Shown here one piece after another: positions 29,455 to 38,951 of a stretch of 64,000 nucleotides of DNA. The stretch lies in assembly GCA_963702475.1 (NCBI GenBank), contig CAVPCT010000003.1, positions 416,001-480,000 of the forward strand, in the 5' to 3' direction. Positions within the stretch are counted from its first letter, which is position 1; each line of letters begins with the position of its first letter. This DNA comes from an uncultured Thermoleophilia bacterium (GTDB taxonomy: Bacteria; Actinomycetota; Thermoleophilia; UBA2241). The position numbers and the translations under genes were made by a program. The notes beneath the pieces were generated by a model. That model worked only from the letters and a program-made list of their open reading frames with translations, did not search any database and was not told where the DNA came from.

Positions 29455-30533
29455 TCGGCCTCCGGCGGCTCCAGGTCGAGGCCGGCGGCTTTCGCGTGGG
29501 GCCGCTGGACCTCGAGGTGGGCGACGGGGTCTACGGCGTGCTGCTCGGGCCGAGCGGCGCCGGCAAGAGCCTCGTCCTCGAGGCGGCCGCCGGCGTGTGG
29601 CCGCTCCGCGCCGGCGCCGTGCTCGTCGACGGCGAGGAGGTGTCGGCGCGCGCCCCAGAGCGGCGCCGCGTCGGCCTCGTCTTCCAGGACGGCCTGCTGT
29701 TCCCGCACCTGAGCGTGGCCGACAACATCGCCTACGGCCTGCGTGACGAGCCGCGTGTGGGGGCCGGGCGCCGTGGCCGCGCCGCGGCCGTGGCCGCGCT
29801 GGCGGGCTCCGTCGGCGCCGGCCACCTGCTCGAGCGCCGCCCTGCCACGCTCTCGGGCGGCGAGCGGCAGCGAGTCGCGCTGGCGCGCGCCCTCGCGCCC
29901 CGTCCGCGCGTCCTCCTCCTCGACGAGCCGCTCAGCGCCGTCGACACGGAGGCGCGGGAGGAGCTGCAGGAGCTGCTGCGGTCCCTCAGCCGCGAGCGCG
30001 GTCTCACCGTGCTCCACGTCACCCACGACCGCGCCGAGGCGTTCGCCTTGGCCGACGTGTGCGCCGTGCTCGTGGGCGGCCGGCTGCGCCAGACCGGCCG
30101 GCCGCAGGATGTGCTCAGGGAGCCGGCCGACGAGGCGGTCGCCCGGCTCCTCGGCGCGCGCAACGTCCTGCGCGCCTCGCGCGACCCGGCCGATCCCGCG
30201 CGCGCCCTGACCGTCTCAGGACTCACCCTGGCAGTCACGACCCCGCTTCCGGATGGCGCCTTCGACCTGGTCGTCCGCCCCGAGGACGTCGAGGTCCGTC
30301 CGCCCGGCGCCGCGGTGGCGGCAGGCACTGTGGCTCACGCCACCGTGGCTCGCCTCGTCCTGCAGGGCAGCCACGTGCTGGTCGGCGTCGAAGCGCGTGC
30401 AGCGGACGGTGCTCAGGCGCCGCTGGAGGCGCTGCTGGGGCGTCGCCGGGTCGAGGAGTTGGACCTGCGCATCGGGACCGCGATCGAGCTCGTCATCGAC
30501 CCCGCCCACGTCCACGTGATCCCGATCGCGTAG
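29451..30533 (+). CDS. wtpC: Tungstate/molybdate ABC transporter ATPase with a C-terminal TOBE-like region
   Basis: GPSGAGKS, LFPHLSVADNI, LSGGERQRVALARAL, LLLDEP; GTG overlaps the permease stop. Confidence 0.85.
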   Translation: MIGLRRLQVEAGGFRVGPLDLEVGDGVYGVLLGPSGAGKSLVLEAAAGVWPLRAGAVLVDGEEVSARAPERRRVGLVFQDGLLFPHLSVADNIAYGLRDEPRVGAGRRGRAAAVAALAGSVGAGHLLERRPATLSGGERQRVALARALAPRPRVLLLDEPLSAVDTEAREELQELLRSLSRERGLTVLHVTHDRAEAFALADVCAVLVGGRLRQTGRPQDVLREPADEAVARLLGARNVLRASRDPADPARALTVSGLTLAVTTPLPDGAFDLVVRPEDVEVRPPGAAVAAGTVAHATVARLVLQGSHVLVGVEARAADGAQAPLEALLGRRRVEELDLRIGTAIELVIDPAHVHVIPIA

Positions 30534-30622
30534 CGGTCGTAACGCCGTTTGCAGAACGCCCGCCGGGGAATGTGTGAGCCGACAGGCCGCGAGGCGCGGC
30601 GTCCCCAGCGGAGGAGGGTCCC

Positions 30623-30826
30623 ATGGCAATCAGCGCGAGAAACCAGCTCCCTGGCACGGTCAAGAGCGTCGTCCTCGGCACGGTGATGGCGGAGGTCGTC
30701 GTGGACGTGGCGGGGCACGAGGTGGTCTCGGCCATCACGCGGCACGCGGTGGAGCGCCTGGACCTCAAGGCCGGCGACGAGGTCAAGGCCATCATCAAGT
30801 CCACGGAGGTCATGATAGAGAAGTGA
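30623..30826 (+). CDS. Molbindin / TOBE (Mop) molybdate-tungstate binding protein
   Basis: MAISARNQLPG...SAIT...LDLKAGDEVKAIIKSTEVMI. Confidence 0.92.
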   Translation: MAISARNQLPGTVKSVVLGTVMAEVVVDVAGHEVVSAITRHAVERLDLKAGDEVKAIIKSTEVMIEK

Positions 30827-30916
30827 CGCATGGGCGCCCCGGCGTTAGACTCGTTGTGAACTGACGCCCATTCGGCGGCGCCCTGCGCCGTCCGTCCGAG
30901 GAAGAACGGCCAGCGC

Positions 30917-31882
30917 GTGAACGCCATCCCCGACAGGGTGCAGGGCCGCGTGGATTACCTGCGCCTCTCGATCACCGACCGCTGTAACCTGCGCTGCGCG
31001 TACTGCATGCCGCCAGAGGGCGTACCGGCGCGCGCCCACGGCGAGATCCTGAGCTACGAGGAGCTCGCCGCCTTCGCGCGCGTCGCCGCCGGCTGCGGCA
31101 TCAGCAAGGTGCGCATCACCGGCGGCGAACCGCTCGTGCGCCACGGCTGCGCCGACCTGGTGGCGATGCTCGCCCGCACCAGCGGCATCCGCGACCTCTC
31201 GCTGACTACCAACGGCACGCTGCTCGCGCGCTTCGCCGGCGAGCTCCGCGACGCGGGCCTGAGCCGTGTCAACATCAGCCTGGACAGCCTGGACGAGGCG
31301 CGCTTCGCCGAAGTCACGCGTGGTGGCCGGCTCGGCGACGCGCTGGCCGGCCTGGATGCCGCGTTCGCGGCCGGCTTCGCGCCGGTCAAGGTGAACACCC
31401 TCCTGCTCGAGGGCGTTGAGGACGAGTTGCCGGCGTTCGTCGACCTCACGCGAGCGCGCGAGGTGCACGTGCGTTTCATCGAGTTCATGCCGCTGGACCG
31501 CCGGCTGGGCGGGAGCGGCCGCCTGGTGCCGGCGCCGCAGGTGCTGCAGCGGCTGCGCGAGCTGTACGAGCTGGTGCCGCACGAGGGGCCGCTGGGACAC
31601 GGGCCGGCGCAGTACTGGCACGTGCCCGGGGCTCTCGGCACCATCGGCTTCATCGCCGGCGTCTCCGAGCACTTCTGCGAGAGCTGCAACCGCCTGCGTC
31701 TCACGGCCGACGGGCGTCTGCGCACCTGCCTGTTCTCGGGCGAGGAGACCGCCGTGCGGCCGCTCATCTCCCGCCCGGAGGAGCTGCGCGCCGCCATCCT
31801 CGCCGCGGTCTCGGGCAAGAGCTTCGACCGCTGCGCCGAGCGGCGCGCCAACGAGCGCGCCATGTCCGAGATCGGCGGCTGA
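30917..31882 (+). CDS. moaA: GTP 3',8-cyclase
   Basis: [33 protein letters not shown]...CLF and C-terminal MSEIGG. Confidence 0.97.
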   Translation: MNAIPDRVQGRVDYLRLSITDRCNLRCAYCMPPEGVPARAHGEILSYEELAAFARVAAGCGISKVRITGGEPLVRHGCADLVAMLARTSGIRDLSLTTNGTLLARFAGELRDAGLSRVNISLDSLDEARFAEVTRGGRLGDALAGLDAAFAAGFAPVKVNTLLLEGVEDELPAFVDLTRAREVHVRFIEFMPLDRRLGGSGRLVPAPQVLQRLRELYELVPHEGPLGHGPAQYWHVPGALGTIGFIAGVSEHFCESCNRLRLTADGRLRTCLFSGEETAVRPLISRPEELRAAILAAVSGKSFDRCAERRANERAMSEIGG

Positions 31883-31884
31883 GC

Positions 31885-32433
31885 GTGAACAGCCACCGCA
31901 GGCGGGCTGACGAGCGGTGTACCGAAGAGGCACCGCTCTGCGAGCTCAGTCACATCGACGAGCAGGGCCGCGCGCGCATGGTGGACGTGGGCGCCAAGGA
32001 CGAGACCGAGCGCGTGGCGCGCGCCGAGGCGCTCGTCGTCATGGCGCCCGAGACCCTGCGGCTCATCGCCGACCGGGCCGTGGCCAAGGGCGACGTGCTG
32101 GCCACGGCCCGCCTGGCCGGCATCATGGCCGCCAAGCGCACGCACGAGCTCATCCCGCTGTGCCACCAGGTCAACCTCACCGCCGTGCACGTGGACATCA
32201 CGGCCGACGAGGAGCTGCCGGGCCTGCGCGTGGTCACCGAGGCGCGCCTCCGCGGCCGCACCGGCGTGGAGATGGAGGCGCTCGTGGCGGCCTCCGTGGC
32301 GGGCCTCACGATCTACGACATGTGCAAGGCCGTGGACCGCGGCATGGAGGTGCGGACCGTGCGCCTCCTCGAGAAGAGCGGCGGCCGCAGTGGCCACTGG
32401 AATCGTCCCGACCTCAGCGAGGAGAGCTCATGA
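31885..32433 (+). CDS. moaC: Cyclic pyranopterin monophosphate synthase
   Basis: LSHID...[20 protein letters not shown] and IYDMCKAVD motifs; N-terminal extension encoded by a copy of the dispersed repeat. Confidence 0.96.
   Translation: MNSHRRRADERCTEEAPLCELSHIDEQGRARMVDVGAKDETERVARAEALVVMAPETLRLIADRAVAKGDVLATARLAGIMAAKRTHELIPLCHQVNLTAVHVDITADEELPGLRVVTEARLRGRTGVEMEALVAASVAGLTIYDMCKAVDRGMEVRTVRLLEKSGGRSGHWNRPDLSEESS
31898..31945 (+). repeat. Degenerate copy of the dispersed 51-bp repeat inside the moaC 5' end
   Basis: gcgggctgacgagcggtgtaccgaagaggcaccgctc compared with gcgggctcatcgaggggtgcaccgaagggacaccgctc at 2769. Confidence 0.65.
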
Positions 32434-33383
32434 GCGTTCACGACGTCGATGGGAACGTCGTCTCCGTCAACGTCGCCGAGAGCAAGGGCGTGCGCAAGGA
32501 CCCCGTCGAGTCGATCACGCTGATCGTGGAGCACGGTGTGGAGGGCGACGCGCACGCCGGCCCGTGGCACCGTCAGGTCAGCCTGCTGGCGCGCGAGAGC
32601 GTCGACAAGATGCTGGCCGCGTGTCCCACCGTGGACAACGGCGCTTTCGGCGAGAACATCACCACCGAGGGTCTCGTGCTCTACGAGCTCCCCGTCGGCG
32701 CCCGCTTCTACTGCGGCGAGTGCCTGCTCGAGGTCACGCAGATCGGCAAGGAGTGCCACGACCGCTGCGCCATCTTCCATCAGGCCGGCGACTGCGTGAT
32801 GCCGCGCGAGGGCATCTTCGCGCGCGTGCTCGAAGCCGGGCGGATCTCGCCCGGCGACGGCATCGTCCTGTTCAGGAACAGCCTCATCGTGGCGGCGGTG
32901 CTCACGGTCAGCGACAAGGGGTCGCGCGGCGAGCGTGAGGACACCAGCGGCGACGCCCTTGAAGAAGGACTCACCGCGATGGGCGTGGCCTCCGTGGAGC
33001 GTGCGATCGTGCCGGACGAACAGGACGAGATCTCGGCTGCACTCAGGCGCTGGGCCGACGAGACCAACGTCAATCTCGTGCTCACGACGGGCGGCACGGG
33101 GATGACCAGCCGCGACGTGACGCCCGAGGCCACACTGGCCGTGCTCGACCGCCAGGCTCCGGGCTTCGCTGAGGCGATGCGCGCGGGCTCGCTGGCCGCC
33201 ACGCCGCACGCGATGATCTCGCGCGCCGTGAGCGGTATGCGCGGGCGCACCCTGATCATCAACATGCCGGGGAGCCCGAACGCCTGCAGGGAGCAGTTCG
33301 CGATGATCGCCAAGGCGCTGCCGCACGCGGTGGAGAAGCTGCAGGACCGCGGCGGCGACTGCGCGCCCGCGCCGCGGCCCTGA
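32430..33383 (+). CDS. MOSC domain-MogA (molybdopterin adenylyltransferase) fusion
   Basis: [28 protein letters not shown]...C...CVMPREG (MOSC); TVSDKG...[26 protein letters not shown] (MogA/MoaB). Confidence 0.92.
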   Translation: MSVHDVDGNVVSVNVAESKGVRKDPVESITLIVEHGVEGDAHAGPWHRQVSLLARESVDKMLAACPTVDNGAFGENITTEGLVLYELPVGARFYCGECLLEVTQIGKECHDRCAIFHQAGDCVMPREGIFARVLEAGRISPGDGIVLFRNSLIVAAVLTVSDKGSRGEREDTSGDALEEGLTAMGVASVERAIVPDEQDEISAALRRWADETNVNLVLTTGGTGMTSRDVTPEATLAVLDRQAPGFAEAMRAGSLAATPHAMISRAVSGMRGRTLIINMPGSPNACREQFAMIAKALPHAVEKLQDRGGDCAPAPRP

Positions 33384-33395
33384 GTCCGCGGCCCT

Positions 33396-34043
33396 TCAGG
33401 TGCCGGGCGGACGGACCGCCGTGAGGCCCAGGAAGACGCTCACGGCGGCGTCGGCCTCGTCCACGTCCCGCCATCGTCCCGCCGCCAGGCGCTCGCCCAC
33501 GCTCTGACGCGTGACCCCCAGCCTCCGCGCCACCGCCTGCTGATGTCCCAGCTCGCGGTAGGCGGCGACCGCCTCCCACTGTTTGTCGCTGCGCGCGCGC
33601 AGGATCGGGTCGACCAGGCGGCACAGCGCCCCCAGCAGCACGTCCCCGGCCTCGCCGGTGCCGAGATAGCGCGTGAGTCCGCCTTCGCGGACGACGAGCT
33701 GCAGAGCGCGACGGGCCAAGGCGTGCGCGTCGCGTCCGTCACCGATCTCGGCGCCGAGCTCCACGACGCCCACGCCCACGCCGGCCCGCACCACGTGCGG
33801 CGCCAGGCCCTCGCGCAGCAGGCTGAGGCAGAGCGGCGCCTGCGACGGGTCGGCCAGCGCCCCGTCGAAACGGTCGGGCGCGGCCGCCGAGAACGGCTCC
33901 CACAAGGCCGCATGGAGTGTGCGGTTGACGGAGTCGAGGGCGGCTCTCAGAGTGGGGAGGTCCGGCGAGGATTCCGCCACGCCCGTCACGTCGGCGTCGA
34001 TCGTGGCGACGACTCTGCTCTCGCGGCGTGTGTCGATGGGCAT
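33396..34043 (-). CDS. SatD-family protein with a C-terminal HTH
   Basis: IDADV N-terminus, RAGVGVG, KQWEAV...QQAVARRLGVTRQSVGERL. Confidence 0.65.
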   Translation of the reverse strand: MPIDTRRESRVVATIDADVTGVAESSPDLPTLRAALDSVNRTLHAALWEPFSAAAPDRFDGALADPSQAPLCLSLLREGLAPHVVRAGVGVGVVELGAEIGDGRDAHALARRALQLVVREGGLTRYLGTGEAGDVLLGALCRLVDPILRARSDKQWEAVAAYRELGHQQAVARRLGVTRQSVGERLAAGRWRDVDEADAAVSVFLGLTAVRPPGT

Positions 34044-34207
34044 GCTGCAACCTACGCCGCTCCGCCTGCGTCTCCTCCCGCGGAGCGCGCGCCCGGCGGA
34101 GGGGCTCGAGAATACGGTCTAATCCCGTCCGTTGTAGTGGAAATGGCGCGAAGGCAGAAGGTGGGCTACACTAGGCTTCGCCTCGTCATACAACCGGGGG
34201 TATCCGC

Positions 34208-34624
34208 GTGAACAAGAGATCCCGAACTCGCCTCCTCATCGCCACGGGTGTCATCGTCGCCGTGTTCGTGGTCGGTATCGTGTTCCTCGTCCAGAAGCAG
34301 GGCGCGTACTACAGGCAGGTCTCAGACCTGACCACGGGGCAGTACGACGGCAAGAACGTGAAGGTCGGTGGCCGCGTCATCGACGGTACGATCAACCGCG
34401 ACGACAGCGGCGTCCACTTCGAGATCCTGGACCTCACCGGGAAGACCGACACGATCCAGGTCACGTACAGCGGGCAGATGCCGAACACCTTCGAGAGCGG
34501 CGTCGACGTGGTGGTCATCGGTACCTACGCGTCCAACGTGCTCACGGCCGACCAGTTGCAGACCAAGTGCCCGAGCAAGTACGAGGGGTCGGCTTCGCCG
34601 GCGCCCGCCGCCCAGACGCAGTGA
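34208..34624 (+). CDS. ccmE: Cytochrome c maturation heme chaperone, CxxxY variant
   Basis: N-terminal TM helix, VKVGG, YSGQMPNTF, KCPSKY motif. Confidence 0.92.
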   Translation: MNKRSRTRLLIATGVIVAVFVVGIVFLVQKQGAYYRQVSDLTTGQYDGKNVKVGGRVIDGTINRDDSGVHFEILDLTGKTDTIQVTYSGQMPNTFESGVDVVVIGTYASNVLTADQLQTKCPSKYEGSASPAPAAQTQ

Positions 34625-34637
34625 GCCCGCGCCTGTG

Positions 34638-36641
34638 ATGACCCTCGGGAACATCTCCCTGACCCTGGCGCTCGTCCTGTCTGTGGCGAGCGTTCTCTTC
34701 CTCGCCCTCGGCATGCGCTGGGACCGGGCGGACTACCTCCGCAACGGCTACTACGCCGTGTATGGGTTCTTCCTGGCCACGGTGATCGCCTCCGCCGTGC
34801 TGCTGCAGGCGTTCCTCAAGAAGGACTTCAGCTTCGGCTACGTGGCCGAGAACTCCGACGCCTCCCTGTCGGTGTTCTACCGCATCGCCGGGTTCTGGGC
34901 CGGCCAGCAGGGATCGTTCCTGCTCTGGCTCCTGCTCATCGCCATCGTCACGGTCGTCATCGCGCTCCTCGACCTCCCCAAGCTCCAGCGGCTCACCGCC
35001 GGCGCCGTCATGGTGCTGTGCCTCACCGGGGCCGTGTTCGCCGCCCTCATGGTGCTGAACAAGGGCTCCAACCCGTTCGAGCCGGCTGCGGCGGGCATGA
35101 TGCCGTTCGGCCTCAACCCGCTCCTGCTGCATCCGGGCATGGTGCTGCACCCGCCGGCGCTGTTCATCGGCTATGTCGGCCTGTCGGTGCCGTTCGCCTT
35201 CGCCATCTCCGCCCTGCTGCTCGGGCGCGCCGACAGGATGTGGGTGAACCTCTCTCAGAAGTGGGCGGTGTTCGGCTGGCTGTTCCTCTCGCTGGGCATC
35301 GGCCTCGGCGCGTGGTGGGCCTACGTGGTCCTCAGCTTCGGCGGCTACTGGGCGTGGGATCCCGTTGAGAACACCTCTCTCGTGCCGTGGCTCACGGCCA
35401 CCGCCCTGCTCCACGCGATGACGCTCTACAAGTCGCGCGGCATCTTCAAGCACTGGGCCCTGGGCCTCGCCATCGCCACCTTCTGGTTCACGATCCTCGC
35501 CACGTGGACCACGCGCACCGGCCTCATCCAGTCGGTGCACGCCTTCGAGCGCAACCCGCTGCTGGTGTGGATCCTCTCGGGCTTCCTCGTGGTCACAGCC
35601 GCCGCCGCCGTCGGGCTCATGGCGTGGCGCTGGCGCCGCTTCTCCAGTCACGACCAGTTCGATTCCATCGTGTCGCGTGACTTCATGTACTACCTCACGA
35701 ACCTGCTGCTCACCCTGTTCGCCGTGGCTGTTGCGTTCGGCACCGTGGTGGTCCCGCTGACCATGGAGAAGACCGTCGGGGCGAGTACCTACGACATGAT
35801 CGCCCAGCCGCTCGGCGTCGTGGTGCTTCTGCTCATCGCCGTCTGCCCGCTGCTGGCGTGGCGCAAGACGGAGGGCGCCGAGTTGCGCAAGACGCTCATC
35901 CTGCCGCTCGTCACCATGCTGCTCTCCATCCCGCTGTGGCTGTATCTGGGCTTCCAGAGCAACGTGTGGGGCTTCATCGGCTTCCTGGTCTGCGGCTTCG
36001 CCGTGGGCGCGGTGATCCAGTTCGTGCTGCGCTCGGCGCGGCGCGCGGCCGGACCCGGCAGGAGCCTGTGGTCCGGCATGGGCCGCGCCTTCACCGGCAG
36101 TCGCACCCGCACCGCCGCGTACATCGTGCACTTCGGCATGATCCTCGTGGTGGCCGGCCTGCTCGGCTCCTCCCTGTACAAGCAGGAGGAGACCGCCATG
36201 GTCAAGGTCAAGAAGGGCGAGACGGCCACGATCGGCGACTACACCCTCACCTACGTCGAGATGACCGGAGGCACGGGGCCGCAGAGCTCGACGCGCGCCA
36301 ACGCCGTCTTCGAGGTGTCCAGGGGCGGCCGGTCGGTCGGGACGGTGGCCCCGCACACCGAGATCTATCCGGTGAGCGGGGCGGCCGTGCGCGCCGTCAT
36401 CCTGGGCGGCCCGCGCGAAGACCTCTTCGTCGTCACCGATGAGCCATTCGACAGCAGCTCCGAGACCCTTGCGCTGCGCATGGTCGTGTTCCCGCTGATC
36501 CAATGGGTGTGGATCGGCTCCATCCTGCTGTGCGTGGGCGCCGTCGTCTCACTGTGGCCGAAGGCTCGCCGTCAGGAGCAGGAGGCCCGCGAGGCGGCGC
36601 CGGCCGACGAGGACGGCGAGCTCGGCGAGGCGTCGGCCTGA
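34638..36641 (+). CDS. ccmF: Cytochrome c biogenesis heme lyase
   Basis: WAGQQGSFLLW, GLNPLL...HPPALF, WAYVVLSFGGYWAWDPVEN and TRTGLIQSVHAF motifs. Confidence 0.95.
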   Translation: MTLGNISLTLALVLSVASVLFLALGMRWDRADYLRNGYYAVYGFFLATVIASAVLLQAFLKKDFSFGYVAENSDASLSVFYRIAGFWAGQQGSFLLWLLLIAIVTVVIALLDLPKLQRLTAGAVMVLCLTGAVFAALMVLNKGSNPFEPAAAGMMPFGLNPLLLHPGMVLHPPALFIGYVGLSVPFAFAISALLLGRADRMWVNLSQKWAVFGWLFLSLGIGLGAWWAYVVLSFGGYWAWDPVENTSLVPWLTATALLHAMTLYKSRGIFKHWALGLAIATFWFTILATWTTRTGLIQSVHAFERNPLLVWILSGFLVVTAAAAVGLMAWRWRRFSSHDQFDSIVSRDFMYYLTNLLLTLFAVAVAFGTVVVPLTMEKTVGASTYDMIAQPLGVVVLLLIAVCPLLAWRKTEGAELRKTLILPLVTMLLSIPLWLYLGFQSNVWGFIGFLVCGFAVGAVIQFVLRSARRAAGPGRSLWSGMGRAFTGSRTRTAAYIVHFGMILVVAGLLGSSLYKQEETAMVKVKKGETATIGDYTLTYVEMTGGTGPQSSTRANAVFEVSRGGRSVGTVAPHTEIYPVSGAAVRAVILGGPREDLFVVTDEPFDSSSETLALRMVVFPLIQWVWIGSILLCVGAVVSLWPKARRQEQEAREAAPADEDGELGEASA

Positions 36642-36652
36642 CGGGAGAGCCT

Positions 36653-37366
36653 GTGCCGCTCGAGATCGAGGTCGAGGGTCTGCGCAAGACGTTCGGTCGC
36701 CGCGAGGTGCTGAAGGGCATCTCCTTCAGCGTCGAGCGCGGCGGCTTTCTCAGCATCTTCGGCCCCAACGGCGCCGGTAAGACCACCACGCTGCGCGTGC
36801 TGGCAACGCTGCTCACGGCCACGGCCGGCACCGTCAAAGTGGCGGGTCACGACGTGCGCCAGGACCCCATGCCCGTCCGTTCGGCCATCGGCCTCATCTC
36901 GCACACGCCCATGCTGTACCCCGACCTCACCGCCGACGAGAACCTGCGTTTCTACGCCGACATGTACGGCCTTACCGATCGCGAGGAGCGCATCAGCGAC
37001 CTGCTCGAGCGTCTGGAGCTCAGCCACCGGCGCCACGACGTGGTGCGCACCTACAGCAAGGGCATGCGTCAGCGGCTCGCCATCGCGCGCGCAGTCCTTC
37101 ACAGGCCGCGCGTCCTGCTTCTGGACGAGCCGCACTCCGGCCTCGACCCCCGCGCCGTGGACATCTTCGACGGCCTGCTGGGCGAGATCCGCGACGAGCA
37201 CACCTTCGTCATGGTGACCCACAACATCGCCAAGGGTCTTGAGTGGGGCACCCACCTGATGATCATCGAGAACGGCCGCATCGCCTACGAGCATGCGGCC
37301 GGCGTCGACCACGACGCTTTCAGCGCCGTGTACCGCGAGCACGTGCACGACGGGAGCGTGGTTTGA
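36653..37366 (+). CDS. ccmA: Heme export ABC ATPase
   Basis: GPNGAGKTT, YSKGMRQR, LLLDEP; operon context. Confidence 0.88.
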   Translation: MPLEIEVEGLRKTFGRREVLKGISFSVERGGFLSIFGPNGAGKTTTLRVLATLLTATAGTVKVAGHDVRQDPMPVRSAIGLISHTPMLYPDLTADENLRFYADMYGLTDREERISDLLERLELSHRRHDVVRTYSKGMRQRLAIARAVLHRPRVLLLDEPHSGLDPRAVDIFDGLLGEIRDEHTFVMVTHNIAKGLEWGTHLMIIENGRIAYEHAAGVDHDAFSAVYREHVHDGSVV

Positions 37367-38050
37367 CGGCGCGCCGCCAGTTCATGGCCATCATCCGCAA
37401 GGACCTCATCCGCGAGCTCCGTACTCGCGAGATGATCATCAGCATGATCCTCTTCGTGCTGCTGGCGATGGTCATCTTCCACTACGCCTTCAGCGTCAAG
37501 GAGGGCGCCGACCTCACCTTCTTCACCGGCGGCATGCTGTGGGTCACGTTCATCTTCGCCATGCTGCTGGGACTGAACCGCTCGTTCGCGCAGGAGAAGG
37601 ACGAGCGCTGCCTGGACGGCCTGCTGCTGTGCCCGGTCGACCGCGTGACGATCTTCCTCGCCAAGACCGCGGGCAACCTCATCTTCCTGCTCATCATCCA
37701 GGTCGTCGCCGTGCCCGTCTTCACGCTGTTCTTCGTCGACCGCAGCTACGCGGGCGACATCCCTGCAGTTCCTCGTGGTGCTGCTGCTCGCCGACGTGGG
37801 CATCTGCGCCCTGGGCACGCTGCTCGCCACCATCTCCATGAACACGCGCTCGCGCGACCTGCTGCTGCCCATCATCTTCCTGCCGCTGATCGTGCCGGTG
37901 CTCATCGCGGCCACCGGCGCGACCACCCTGATCTTCGCGGAAGGGGCGAGCTTCGGCAGCCTCCTCGCCCGCGTTCTGTTCCTGTTAGGCTTTGACGCCG
38001 TCTTCCTCGTGGCGGCGTACGGCACCTACGATTTCGCGATAGGAGAATGA
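37363..38050 (+). pseudogene. ccmB: CcmB heme exporter permease with a single frameshift at ~37761 (probably an assembly error)
   Basis: KDLIRELR...LLGLNRSFAQEKDERCLDGLLL; continues in the +1 frame as GTLLATI...RDLLLPIIFLPLIVPVLI. Removing one C from CCC at 37761-37763 restores a full ORF. Confidence 0.8.
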
Positions 38051-38736
38051 GTGTGAAGAAGCTCCTCAGCGCACCATCGCTGTTCATCGGGGCCGGCATC
38101 TTCCTCATCGTCGGCATCCTGCTCGGGTTCTGGTGGGCGCCCGTCGATTCGTCGTCCATGGGCTTCACCCAGAAGATCTTCTACTACCACGCACCGATCG
38201 CCGAGACGTCGCTGGTGGCCTTCGGCATCGCCTTCGTGGCGGCCATCATGTACCTGCGCACGCAGGACCTGAAGTGGGACCGCCTCGGCTACGTGTGCGT
38301 GCGCCTCGGCCTGCTCTTCGCCGTGCTGGTGATGATCACCGGCATGATCTGGGGGAAGGCGTCATGGGGCACGTGGTGGGCGTGGGAGCCGCGCCTCACC
38401 ACCTTCCTGCTGGTGTGCTTCCTGTACGTGGCCTACTGGGTGCTGCGCTCCGTCGTGGAGGAGGAGCAGCGCCGCGCCACCTACGCGGCGGTGTTCGCCA
38501 TCATCGCGTTCATCGACGTGCCCATCACCTTCTTCGCGACGCGCTTCCTTCCCGAGGGTCTGCACCCGGTCGTGATCACGACGGGTGACACCGGCATGGA
38601 AGGCAGCATGTTCGCGAGCTTCTTCATCAGCATGATCGGCATGACCCTGCTCCTGGTCGCGCTCATCCGCAGCGAGCTCCACGTGGAGACGCTCAAGGAC
38701 CGCGTGGCCGACCTCAAGCACTCGATCGGAGGCTGA
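38047..38736 (+). CDS. ccmC: Heme exporter protein C
   Basis: KIFYYHAP, TGMIWGKASWGTWWAWEPRLT (WWD domain), LHP. Confidence 0.93.
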   Translation: MSVKKLLSAPSLFIGAGIFLIVGILLGFWWAPVDSSSMGFTQKIFYYHAPIAETSLVAFGIAFVAAIMYLRTQDLKWDRLGYVCVRLGLLFAVLVMITGMIWGKASWGTWWAWEPRLTTFLLVCFLYVAYWVLRSVVEEEQRRATYAAVFAIIAFIDVPITFFATRFLPEGLHPVVITTGDTGMEGSMFASFFISMIGMTLLLVALIRSELHVETLKDRVADLKHSIGG

Positions 38737-38740
38737 TCCG

Positions 38741-38914
38741 ATGTCCATCGAAGAAGCGGCCCGGTACGTCGCCGCGGCCTACGCCGTCATCCTTGCCGTG
38801 CTCATCCTGTACTTCATCATCAGCGCCCGGCGCATGAGCCGGCTCGCACGCGACGTCGACATCCTCGAACGCGAGGTCGAGCGCCGGCAGGGCGTCGGGT
38901 CGCCGGAGGCCTGA
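38741..38914 (+). CDS. ccmD: CcmD-like small membrane protein (below the ORF-track cutoff)
   Basis: 57 aa: YVAAAYAVILAVLILYFII followed by a charged tail; directly after ccmC. Confidence 0.75.
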   Translation: MSIEEAARYVAAAYAVILAVLILYFIISARRMSRLARDVDILEREVERRQGVGSPEA

Positions 38915-38951
38915 CCCGCCGGCGGCACCGGCGCACCCCGACGCCTGACTC

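Noticed and set aside
18300-33400. Mobile element or prophage boundaries around the Mo/W island
   Set aside because: No integrase, transposase, tRNA attachment site or flanking direct repeats are visible, and codon usage matches the backbone.
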